Positions 15,083 to 25,300 of a stretch of DNA of 33,628 nt are shown here, piece by piece. Under the pieces are notes generated by a model. That model was not told the origin of the DNA, did not search any database, and saw only the letters and a program-made list of their open reading frames with translations. The number at the start of each line of letters is the position of its first letter. Positions within the stretch are counted from its first letter, which is position 1. A program made the translations under genes and the position numbers. The stretch comes from a virus (Duplodnaviria > Caudoviricetes), in the IMG/VR virus record IMGVR_UViG_3300047292_000106, positions 1-33,628 of that record. One strand, given 5' to 3'.

Positions 15083-17599
15083 TTAGATTTCTTGCCAAGG
15101 TGTGGCTACTGAAATAGTAGGAGTTGGAAGGTCCAACGTTACCCCATTTTCTGTTACTGCTGATGGTTGAGAAACGGATACGGCCATTGTAATTGTGCCT
15201 GTTACTTTGGTACCTAAACCAGCGTGGTCGAGTAAAGTGCGTAGGCGCAAACGGTTGTTTTCAATGTTGCCATAGATCTTTACTCTACTGGAGGCATAGC
15301 CGCCATATCCACCGTAGCCACCATATCCACCATAGCCTCCATAACCACCGTAGCCACCATAACCACCGTAGCCACCATAACCACCATAACCGCCGTAACC
15401 ACCATAACCACCATAACCACCATAACCACCATAGCCTCCATACTCGCCGCCGCCACCAGATGGGCTAGTGTATAGTAGTTGCTCGCCAAGGACCAATTCA
15501 GAGAATCCAACATCTTGGCTGATACCACGGTTATTCAAACTAGACATTGTTTCAACGTTTAGTCTTAATGTACCTTGATCCATAAAAATGCCACGCCAAG
15601 TGTGGTAGCCTGCATTATAACCTTCAGCGATTGAAAATGCCAAACGAATATCGCCACCTGCATTGAAAAAGTGACGAGCACTTTCGTACCCTTCAAAATC
15701 AAATTCAACTACGTTTTCTAACTGATGTTTCCAAGTTGCACCATTGCTTACAACTGTTCGAATTGTTGTCAATGATGTTAATGCTGGATCAACTTGATTT
15801 CTTGCATTACGTGCAGATTCAAGCAATGTTGCCGCGGCATTAAAAAAGTCCGCTGTTACTTTGTCACCTTGTTCTACAATAACAAGTATTTGATCGTCAC
15901 TGTTTGTACGATATGTGCTTAGGTTAATGCGATTAACTAACTCGTTCGTAAAAGCCGCTGTTAGCTTTTGCTTTGGCTGTACGTATTGAACATTTTCTCC
16001 GCCCCAGCCCCAACAAATGTCGTCTTGAGTTTGTGGGTTTGTAGATGGGCCTTCACCTGCGTGTGTATCCCCAAACAATTCGTTAACGTCTGATACCAAC
16101 TTGTTTAGGTCTTCAGCGGTAATTTTTTTACGCTGTGTGGTTCTAATAGTTGGCTCTGGTGGAGTGTAGCCACAGGCAGCACTGTTTTCTTCTAATAGCT
16201 GATTGTACTCACCACCTCGACCGTCGGTGTAATATCCCCATTGGTTAAATCCAATACAAGCTGTTCTTAACAGCTGGCCTGCTGGTGGATATGTAGGTGG
16301 AACAACCACAGCACTAAAAGTTGCTGTAACTGTTTTATCACTGTCCATTGTAACGGTTACTGTGCCTGTACCAGAAGCGGCGCCAGACCAGCCAGCAAAT
16401 GTACTATTAGGTGCTGTTGTTGAAGATAGTGTAACAACTGTGCCTGCGGCAAATGTTGCACTACCTGATCCATTGATACCTGCTGGTGAGCTTGTTACTA
16501 TTCCATTGCCGTTGCCGGCTTTGTTTACAGTTAGTGTATATGTTGCTGGCGCTGCCGGATATATTGCATTATATAGGGCTTGGCCGTCGGGTACGCCCAT
16601 GCCAGTTGTTGTGTCCCATCCAACAGTAGCAGAATAACCGTTGGGAAGATTACTTGCATTATTACCTAATGTTACATCATAGAATGCACCAGGATTAGAA
16701 TAAATTGTTTGATGTAAATTGACCGGGCGCTGGCCGCTTATGCCAATGAATCTTGCAATCATTCCTGCAAATATTGGACATCCAGCACTCGTTCCGGCAG
16801 CAGTTGTAGTTAATTGTCCGTTAACATAGTATGCGTACGGAGCATACGCCAATGATATATCTGGTACGCCGCGGGTTGTTAACGGATGTACCACATTGTC
16901 TGGATATGTTTTATAGGTTAAATTTGATTGATATGACGGTAGAGGTAGAGAACTAATTCCGCCGCCACCTGATTGTCCTTGTCTATTGAAGACGATTTCG
17001 GATGATCTAACATTGTTAGAATTCAGCGTTAAATCTGTCCCGCCAACAGCGATTACACTAGCACTTGACGCAGGATAATTTACGCCAAGTGAGCCGGCAG
17101 TAGTTGCCGAGCCAGAATCTCCAGATGCAACACATATTGTAATATTTGTAGTTGCTACAATATCTGCTAATTGTGCTTCTAGACTATTTAAAAGAGAGCC
17201 TACAAATAATGATTCTGGGCTTCCCATACTAAGAGAAACAACGTCACATCCATCATCAACTGCCATGTTTAATAAATCAGCTACATCCAATGGGGTTGAC
17301 CCCATGTACAGATTAATGGTTGCCGCAGGAACCATGCTAGCAACACAGATCAAATCTAGTGCAGTTTCACTGGCACCTGGTGCGTTTATATCATTAAGGG
17401 CACCATTAAATGATTTAAAGTTGACTATTGGAGCTATTAGTCCCAAATCAGCCATAGCCTTATTAAGGTCAGACTGTAAAAATCCGCCACTATGCATTAA
17501 GATGCCAACTTTTACCCCGGCGCCGTTGCCTGGTGGAATGTTATATGTTGTTGATAAAACTTGACCGTTTAAAAGGCCTGGCTGATTGATGCCTGACAT
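15083..17599 (-). CDS. Chimeric tail protein: S53 sedolisin domain + InlB B-repeat-like module + two-Cys module + virion domain with (GGY)16 (838 aa)
   Basis: ETALD (E78/D82), ASGDSG (D161), RGVPDIS, GTSAGCP (S271), GWDTTTGMGVP Ca site; YTLTV..GNG.VT..FAGWSG..VTMDSDKTVTATF; position at the end of the tail operon. Confidence 0.85.
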   Translation of the reverse strand: MSGINQPGLLNGQVLSTTYNIPPGNGAGVKVGILMHSGGFLQSDLNKAMADLGLIAPIVNFKSFNGALNDINAPGASETALDLICVASMVPAATINLYMGSTPLDVADLLNMAVDDGCDVVSLSMGSPESLFVGSLLNSLEAQLADIVATTNITICVASGDSGSATTAGSLGVNYPASSASVIAVGGTDLTLNSNNVRSSEIVFNRQGQSGGGGISSLPLPSYQSNLTYKTYPDNVVHPLTTRGVPDISLAYAPYAYYVNGQLTTTAAGTSAGCPIFAGMIARFIGISGQRPVNLHQTIYSNPGAFYDVTLGNNASNLPNGYSATVGWDTTTGMGVPDGQALYNAIYPAAPATYTLTVNKAGNGNGIVTSSPAGINGSGSATFAAGTVVTLSSTTAPNSTFAGWSGAASGTGTVTVTMDSDKTVTATFSAVVVPPTYPPAGQLLRTACIGFNQWGYYTDGRGGEYNQLLEENSAACGYTPPEPTIRTTQRKKITAEDLNKLVSDVNELFGDTHAGEGPSTNPQTQDDICWGWGGENVQYVQPKQKLTAAFTNELVNRINLSTYRTNSDDQILVIVEQGDKVTADFFNAAATLLESARNARNQVDPALTSLTTIRTVVSNGATWKHQLENVVEFDFEGYESARHFFNAGGDIRLAFSIAEGYNAGYHTWRGIFMDQGTLRLNVETMSSLNNRGISQDVGFSELVLGEQLLYTSPSGGGGEYGGYGGYGGYGGYGGYGGYGGYGGYGGYGGYGGYGGYGGYGGYGGYGGYASSRVKIYGNIENNRLRLRTLLDHAGLGTKVTGTITMAVSVSQPSAVTENGVTLDLPTPTISVATPWQEI
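15296..15439 (-). repeat. Coding 9-bp tandem repeat, 16 copies, encoding (Gly-Gly-Tyr)16
   Basis: GGN GGN TAY x16 with mixed synonymous codons, preceded by GGGGEY. Confidence 0.97.
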
Positions 17600-18672
17600 T
17601 AACGAGCTCCAACAGTTGCTTCAACTTTGCCGATGCCTTCTCCGCTGTGCTGTCCTAAGCTACGACCAATAATACTCCAGGCTGGATCTTGTTGTGTAGC
17701 AACTCGTGCAACACCAGGAATATCGCTTGATACTAAACGGTCGCCACGCTTGACTACCCCAGTTACTTTAACTGGAATACGGCCAGCAACTGCGATTGGT
17801 AATGCGTTCTTTTCACGTTTTTGACGTGCGTTCATTAAGTAAGCTGGACGAGTCGAAACAATACCAAAAATGTTTGTATCAGCAGATCCTGTTGTTTGTG
17901 TTACTTCAGCATCGCCGCCTAATGCAACTAATGTACCTGGCTCGTAACTTGCATCTGCTGTGTAAATTTCAGCAACGTCAGCAAATTCAGCTTCCATAGA
18001 GATACCGCGCAACTTAAACGCATTTGTATCAAAGCCAGTGGTATCGCGACCGCTGGTATTCATGTTAATACCTTTGCCAATTAGGTCAAAGCCTGGTACT
18101 GCATGTGAGTTAGCAATAGTAAAGTCTGCGTCAGAACTGATAATCATAACACATACGCCCATTGCATATAATCCAACGACTTTGTGTAGGTTGCTATTAG
18201 TATCTAATAGATCTAAGAAAGCCATACCTGTTGCAGTTTCGCGGTTGCCTTGGAACGCACCAATGTTCATCCAGCCGTTACCGTTTGTACCTGGCAATGC
18301 TGGATCGGCTGTGTAAATCTTAATAGCATTGTTTGCTGTGTCATACCAAAAGTCACCGCGGATTGATGTACCAACTGCTGGTACATAGTTTTGTGCGGCT
18401 AAAAATGCGATAGTTTTCCAGTTGGAATTATCTGCGTTTAGCTTTAGTCTTTTTTCGCCAGTATCAAACCAAGTCTGACCAGTTACTGGGCTAATTGGTT
18501 CAATGCTACTTGCAAAGTTTTCTAGCAAGTGAACAAAGTTTTCGGCAATCAACTCGCCGTAGCCAAGATAGTTCTTGCCTAATAAATTTAAACTGGTAGA
18601 AGTATTGTCAATTTCCCCGTCAATTAGGTTAACTAACACATCACCGTTTGCTTTGTTTACTTCGTATGCCAT
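17599..18672 (-). CDS. Short tail fibre/spike protein with C-terminal intramolecular chaperone (peptidase G2-like) (357 aa)
   Basis: N-terminal anchor LLGKNYLGYGE..ENFVHLLENFA..P..GQTWFD; C-terminal ADVAEIY..YEPGTLV..GIVST.PAYLMN..IAVAGRIPVKV.G.VKRGDRLVSS. Confidence 0.8.
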   Translation of the reverse strand: MAYEVNKANGDVLVNLIDGEIDNTSTSLNLLGKNYLGYGELIAENFVHLLENFASSIEPISPVTGQTWFDTGEKRLKLNADNSNWKTIAFLAAQNYVPAVGTSIRGDFWYDTANNAIKIYTADPALPGTNGNGWMNIGAFQGNRETATGMAFLDLLDTNSNLHKVVGLYAMGVCVMIISSDADFTIANSHAVPGFDLIGKGINMNTSGRDTTGFDTNAFKLRGISMEAEFADVAEIYTADASYEPGTLVALGGDAEVTQTTGSADTNIFGIVSTRPAYLMNARQKREKNALPIAVAGRIPVKVTGVVKRGDRLVSSDIPGVARVATQQDPAWSIIGRSLGQHSGEGIGKVEATVGAR

Positions 18673-18705
18673 TTCTTCATGTCCTTTTGGCTTAATGCCT
18701 TTGTA

Positions 18706-18711
18706 TATTTA
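18706..18711 (-). promoter_or_regulatory. Putative late promoter TAAATA
   Basis: AACTAAATA in the gap, followed by a short leader with AAGGA SD. Confidence 0.7.
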
Positions 18712-18713
18712 GT

Positions 18714-19340
18714 TTAACCCGCTTGTACTTTCAGTGTGTATACTATTTGTATACGCTGATTGTGGCTCTTCTCAACCGGGTGAAAGATAAAATGCGTTAG
18801 CAAATTACCTGAATTTAGACCTGCTGTCCCTTTTGTTTTTAACGCAATTTCGTCAAATACCATTTCGCCATCTACACTTGTGGTTGCATTTAAGCTGTCT
18901 TCTGTGCTGTTAACAATGTTAAAAACGCTGTCACTTGCAATAGGATCATCATAATCCAATGTTGCTGTTACTACGGTATTACTGTATGTTGTTCCTGTAG
19001 TATGTGTCACTGCTAAGTTGTTATTAGCAGAGTCTGGGTTGTTTAGATCCTGTGCATCAACTACTGTAAAATACGTTGGATTATATAGTTCTGAATTTGA
19101 TCCAAAAACGTTTGGAGTTCTATATGAAATAGAACCGTCGATTGCAGTTACACTAGCACCTTTACCAAAGTGCATTTCACTGATAAAGCTGTTTGTTCCG
19201 CGGGCAAGTGCTGTTGCCAACACTTGACTCATATTTTCCTGGTGAATGGCGTTTTCGCCTTCACGGAGTACTTCCCCGGTATCAGCATCTGTAATCACAA
19301 TGTGAGTTGTAATTTTAACTGGTAAAGATGTTATGTTCAT
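18714..19340 (-). CDS. Virion structural protein, baseplate/fibre-attachment type (208 aa)
   Basis: HIVITD..TGEVL...NAI, FDEIALK, LLTHFIFHPVEKS..IQIVYTL beta-rich pattern; lies between wedge and fibre genes. Confidence 0.7.
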   Translation of the reverse strand: MNITSLPVKITTHIVITDADTGEVLREGENAIHQENMSQVLATALARGTNSFISEMHFGKGASVTAIDGSISYRTPNVFGSNSELYNPTYFTVVDAQDLNNPDSANNNLAVTHTTGTTYSNTVVTATLDYDDPIASDSVFNIVNSTEDSLNATTSVDGEMVFDEIALKTKGTAGLNSGNLLTHFIFHPVEKSHNQRIQIVYTLKVQAG

Positions 19341-19345
19341 AATGA

Positions 19346-19351
19346 TATTTA
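19346..19351 (-). promoter_or_regulatory. Putative late promoter TAAATA, 5 nt before ATG
   Basis: TAAATA-TCATT-ATG(19340); no SD present. Confidence 0.72.
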
Positions 19352-19373
19352 GTTAGTTATTTTATAACCCACT

Positions 19374-22300
19374 TTATTCCTCTTGCAAGTCTTGTACAGT
19401 TACGTCTGCAATCGGTGCTAGATTTCGACCGTCTTCAGTTTTAATTATGTTACCGTCTTCGTCGGTTAGCGCAGATATCGTAGTCCAAGTTAATGTAATT
19501 GACTCCCCAATTGAAACTGCAATATCTTGTTGGGCATTGTTTAGCTTGTTTGCTTCGACAATTTTACTGTGGAAAGGTTTAACTTCATCAATATACTTGA
19601 TAATTAGCTTATCTTTCTTATTGTAGTATGTACCTACCTTTTCCAACTCACGCTCGCTAGTCTGGAACACATCAAGATATGTTGTTTTTACTATCCAATC
19701 TGCGTTTGAAATCTGTGACAAACTTTCCTTGACCAATGCAAAGAATAGCTTATTAAAGTAGTTGATGTCCTCGCCTACAAAGATATTCTTACGTAAGGCG
19801 CGAAGAATACTTTCAACTACTTCGCTGATATCTTCGTCCCAATATGTTCTATCCCAAGGCAACTTGTCCCAGGCGTCATTTAAGCTGCCGTCCCAAATTG
19901 CATTTGAGAATTGGATCGTACCATTTTTACGATACATTAGCGTTAAGTTATTGCCAGACTTTGTATATGCTTCGATGATATTACCATAAGCATCAACAAT
20001 ACCAAAGTTTGTTACTGTGCTGTCAAGCGAGCCAATATTTTCGGAACGAATTTGAACTTGCTCGTTGCCAACAGTATAACCTGATACAATGTAATCAGTG
20101 TAGTACCAGTATTGAGTTAGATCCTTTTCGTATGAACCGTTTAAAGGTTGGTACTTTATCAAGTATCGATCCCAGTCTGGTTTGCTTACTGTGTCGATGT
20201 TTAACAAGTAATCATTAGCCGCTGTAATAAGAGTTCTACGTGCCGCAATAACATCTTTGAACCAAGACTGTGGTCTTGGCGCATAAGCATTGCCATATCG
20301 GCGTAATGGGTGCAGACTAGTGTCAGGTACCTTACGACGAGTATTAACAACTGCGTAGTATCCTTCTGTATTTTCGTAAGGATCTTTAATCAATGCGCCA
20401 GCGGCACTCTTGATAATAACACGTTTCTTAATATCTCTTGCTAGGCTGCTTGCAACAAAGTCATTGATAGCCACATAAATTTTATGATCAGCTGACGTTG
20501 CACGTCGAACTGTGTTAATATCATATCGTGTGTCGTCAAGATTCTGAAGGATAGGATAATCGCTACCGCTATATGTGCTGGTAGTAATATCAACGCCATT
20601 ATTCTTGATGTATAGGTAATCGCCCTTAAAGTACTTTGTGCCAACAGTATATTCATTTAACTTGTAGGCTTCTCTGTAGTTGTCACGGCCTACAATACTT
20701 GAAGACAATCTTTGATATAAGAAATCATCGATAACATCTACGTTTTCTGTTACTAACACGCTGTTGCTATGAACTTGTTCAGGGTTTAAATTTTGCTCGA
20801 TGCGTAAAACTATCTTATCTCTGTTTCCGAATAGTCCAGAAATGTTAGAAATAATAAAAGCATTAGTATCAATAGGAGCAAGCCAAGCAACACCATTTGC
20901 GTCTGGGTTGTTTAGTACTGATTCAATTGCTGCCGCTGAGTATGTTCTGCTGCCACCGGCAGGCACTACCAATGGTGCTCGCATCCAGTAGTAGTATGTT
21001 GTTAAAACTGCGCCAGATTCTGGATCGGTTGTGACAACTTCGCTGTAGCGGATTTGGCCTTCAGCGTTGCCACTGGTGTCAAGATATGCGTTTGGTGCGA
21101 TATCAGGTGTTGGCAATTCATAACTTGCTACCCATTCATAGATAGCAACTTCACTGTCAGCAAAGCGTTCGCCCCAATGGTTGGCACGGTACTGTAAATT
21201 ACCTGACTGTTCGTATTCAATGTAACGTACTTTGTCTAGATCCCACCATAGTTTGCCAACTTGTTCGGCACCCCAAGGTGAAGAATTGTATCCGTCTATT
21301 ACGCCTAGCTCGCTGACATTATAGCTAGCTGGATCAGGTAACTGCTTGAAGTCAATGTATTGGGCAACATCGTCAATGGTCAGGCCCTTGTATGGATCAA
21401 ATACTTCAAGTGTTTGTATTAAGTTTTCAGTATTATAGTCAAACAACTGTACTTGATAAATTGATCCACTGTCAATCATAGTGTTGCTATAATTTTCAGT
21501 ATTGTATTGTTGTGAGCTTGCTTGACCGTTTCCTGTGAATGTATAAATCTTGTAGCTACCTTCGATATCACCGTAATCAACATACGCTGTCATGCCAGCA
21601 CTAAATGATAATGTAGATGCCAAGAATTCCTCGTCTGTTGTAAATTTAACAGAACTTAATTTGAATCCAACTGCGTTATACACAACTTCATTGCTTGTGC
21701 TACGTGCTTGAATCAATACGTTATAGTCGTCGACTACTTCTTTAACTTGATGAACGCCGTCATAGTTTCCATCGTTAGTTCCAGAAATAATAAATGAATC
21801 GCCTTTTGTTAATCTATGAGGGCTAGCAAATGACGCTTTACTTTCGTTCAAACCTGTGTTGATGGCATTTGGACAAATTTCTTCAATGTACGCAGGAGCA
21901 AATGCCTGTAGAACGTTCCAGCCATAACCCTGAGGTGCTGTGAAAATATAATCGCTGATCCAAATAGATGGCAGCATCGTACCAGTTACTGGTACCTTGT
22001 TCCAATGGTCTGCGTTAAATGCGCTGACTGCTGATCCAACAATGCGGAATTCTGCGCTGTATAACTCGCCCTGGTGCCACACATAGTCGCCAGGGTTGTA
22101 ATCAACATATCGGCTAAATGATGGTGTTTTAAATAATAGCTCAGAACGCTCAACATTGACCAATTTGTCAAATGTAAGATCACTTAATCGCATTATTTCA
22201 ATATCTGTTTCAACAACATCAGCTAAACCAGCACTTGGCAACCAGTTTTGAGACTTACTAAAGTTCTTGTCGATAGCATCTCTGTTGATTGTTTTAAACA

Positions 22301-25300
22301 AGTAATCGCTTGGGCGAGAAACCCAACGTGGATCTGCTTTGCCTACAATGTCGATGATGTTGTCGCTTCGAATATCGCTTACGCCTAACGCATCGTCACG
22401 GAAACGTACAATCTGTCGATTGCTTGTTAAATCCTTTTTACGAAGTTCGATCTCCCAAATCTTTTTATTTGACAAATTGCCAAACTCGCCGGTGCTAAAC
22501 ATCCACTGCTCATTGACTCCAACGTCTTGTTCGTTGCCCGGGATATCAATATTTCTGTTTCTAAACAAGGCGTTAATAGCCAAGTTTGTACCAACAGCAC
22601 TTTGTAAGCCTTGACGATATAGATATGCGCTTGAACTGTCTTGAACTACGTCAGCAATAACACTTTTCTTAGAAGGTACTACGTTACTGCGAGCAATGTC
22701 AGTTTTAATTGTGTCAAATGCCACACGTTCAGGCATGTGACTTGCTACGATATCATTTACAAGGGTGTCAAAGCCAGGTAACGAACTATACTGCTGTGGT
22801 AAAATACCGTGAGCAGAAGGACGACCTGTCCAGTTATAAGTTCTACGTCCAGAAATTGTTAAGTCCTGTAATCTATTATCAGTTTGTAAATCAGCAATTA
22901 AGTCACCAAACTTAGTTTTGTTGCTGATAAAGAACACGTGATCGTATAATTGTGTTTCAAAATTTACAAACACAATTTGATTTTCAGTTAGCGGAGTAAT
23001 TTTATCAATGCCAGGCTCAAAGTCACGAGTAATCAGCAATTCAGCTGATGAAGCAGAACTTCCATTGGCGTATAATATTTTACCAGTGCGACCCAAGTCA
23101 GCATCTAGTCTGCTTAGTGCGCCCATTGAGTGTTGAATTTTTAAGCCGTCGCTGGTAGCAACACCAACCACGCAGAAGTGTTCTTCTCCCCATTGTTCTT
23201 CGCTCCAGGCAATAGCATCAATGGCAACTTGCTTCCAGTCTGTGATAGTGCCGCGACTATTGATGCTGTCTAAAATTAAACCTTGCTGTTGTTGATACTC
23301 GCCAAGGCCCATTAACAATGTGATTAGATCTTGCTTGTTAGCAACATATGAACCATAAGGAACCATCACTGGTGTTGTATTCCAGCTTAGGTACTCAGTA
23401 AAAATTCCATAGTTGGTTGCTAGCTGTCGACGAGTTGTTGGATAACTGTTTGACAATGCATTGGCTGTTGGTGTTAATACTTTGAAGAATCTATGCTTTG
23501 GATCAAATCCATACACACGGAATCCAACATCATCCTTTTCAACTCGGACAGAAGTATAGCGCAGTTGTTCTTTTGGAACACCACGACTTAATGTCAAACC
23601 AAAGTCATTATCGGGCACGTACTCATTGTCTTGGAACTTAGAGTAAGGCATCTTTAGCGTAATAACGCCGTCAGTAAAGCCGCCAACACTGAACTCTAAC
23701 TTGGTGCTAATGGCTAACAAGTCTTCCAATGGTGACTCACCTAGTAAGTTAAACTCGCGGTAGCCTTCGAACAGTACTGCACCGATACCCATTAAAGGTC
23801 TTGTGTATAAGAACTGATCAGGTGCAATACTACCTGTTCCTTTAGGTGCTGTGCTGTTGTTATGTACTGTTTGTATAAACGGATTAATCGAACTGTCAAA
23901 GAATTCGTTTACTAAATCATAGCGATCAATCGCATGAAGCACATTAGACCAAGTACCAGTGATGCTTCGTCGCCATGCTGTTTCAGCTGGGCCCATAGAA
24001 CCAATTTCCCAAGGCTGTTGTGCTTCGTCGACTGTAGGAGAAGCAATGCCAGCATCAAATGGGCTTAGTAAATTGCCGTACGCATCAACTGGGTAAGTTG
24101 CGTGTGGATGGGCAAAGTTTGGATCAGTGTATGCCGCGGCACCTGGTTCATTTAAAATACCAAAGTACAAGGCCAACTCGAGTGCTGTTCGCTTTGTTGC
24201 ATCAGTCCACGAGTAATGAGTATCCCACCAATTTGGCTTGATATTGTATCCTAGTGCTTCCCACGGAGCATCATGTAAGCGGTATGTTCCATAAAAATCT
24301 AAGTATAACTTTCTCCAACTTGCGCCACCATAGTTCCAGGTCCATGCATCGTTAGCATCAAAGTCACTGCGACTTCTATAATCAATGCCATTGATAGAGT
24401 ACCATTCTAATTGAGAACGTGCTTGAGACTCAGTGATTTGTTGGTTGTCATAATTTCTAAATGCGTACTGTCTGTTCGCTTCGCCAACTGTGTTGATACA
24501 AGCATTGTAGATACGTTTTTCTAGTTCTAAAATAATTGTGTTTAGAGGATCATCTGCCGACACTTCCCCAGACTCTGGGTTGATGTATGCGCTAATACGT
24601 GAGCCATCGTGGCGTTGAATAAATGTCTTGCTGTTGTTGCCCCAAGTTTCAGATACTAAGCCTGGAATATACAAACCACCTAGGCCAAGTTTTGCTGGGC
24701 TGGCCGGGATGCCAGAATAAACTTCTGTTTGTTCAGCAAAGTAAATCTCAATGACGCTATCAAGAGCAGGTACTGTGTTAAACACGACTTGTTGGCCACT
24801 AATTGTATAGTCAACGCCACGTAATTGTAAATTGTCGTTTACATAAACGTAAACATGGTCGGCTGCGTATGGCAGTTTGAACAACGTTGAAGAGCCGATA
24901 GCAAAAGTATTACCGCCATTGGCTGTTACTGTATTCAATTGCATACCATCTCGAACAAATGCCATACCTGAAATAGCATCCACAGAGCTATAATTTACAC
25001 CAAGTAGCATTTCGCTTAAAATACGGTCAGTAGCGTTACTAACACCATACGTGCTTATATCAAATGTGATATTGCTTTCTTCTAGCTTGGTAATAAACTT
25101 GCGATACCATCTCCAGGCGCTCATTGAACGTGCAACTACAACATCTTGTAGTCCTGGTTGTAAAGCAAAGTTTGCCCATGAAGAACGCATAGCACTATTG
25201 TCAGCCATGTAAATGCCGTCAAGTGTTTTAAACTTTGGACTGTCAATCCATTCGCGCTTGCCTGCTGTGTTTATTGCAATATTTTTTGACAAGCCCTTGA

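Noticed and set aside
15296-15439. Repeat as CRISPR array, DGR template or contingency locus
   Set aside because: No spacers, 9-bp in-frame unit, no second copy or reverse transcriptase seen in the window
15440-15480. TSPSGGGGEY as a lasso-peptide-like core for the AsnB-like enzymes
   Set aside because: Buried within a large protein, leader spacing does not fit, and no B1/B2 proteins are recognisable
15193-15528. His-rich plus-strand ORF (HNHHNH..) and Val/Met-rich minus-strand ORF (VVMVVM..)
   Set aside because: Both are shadow frames of the (GGY)16 repeat; variation is synonymous only in the GGY frame
18685-18705. GGC-TTAAT-GCC mini inverted repeat as a terminator
   Set aside because: Only a 3-bp stem and no U-tract on the coding strand
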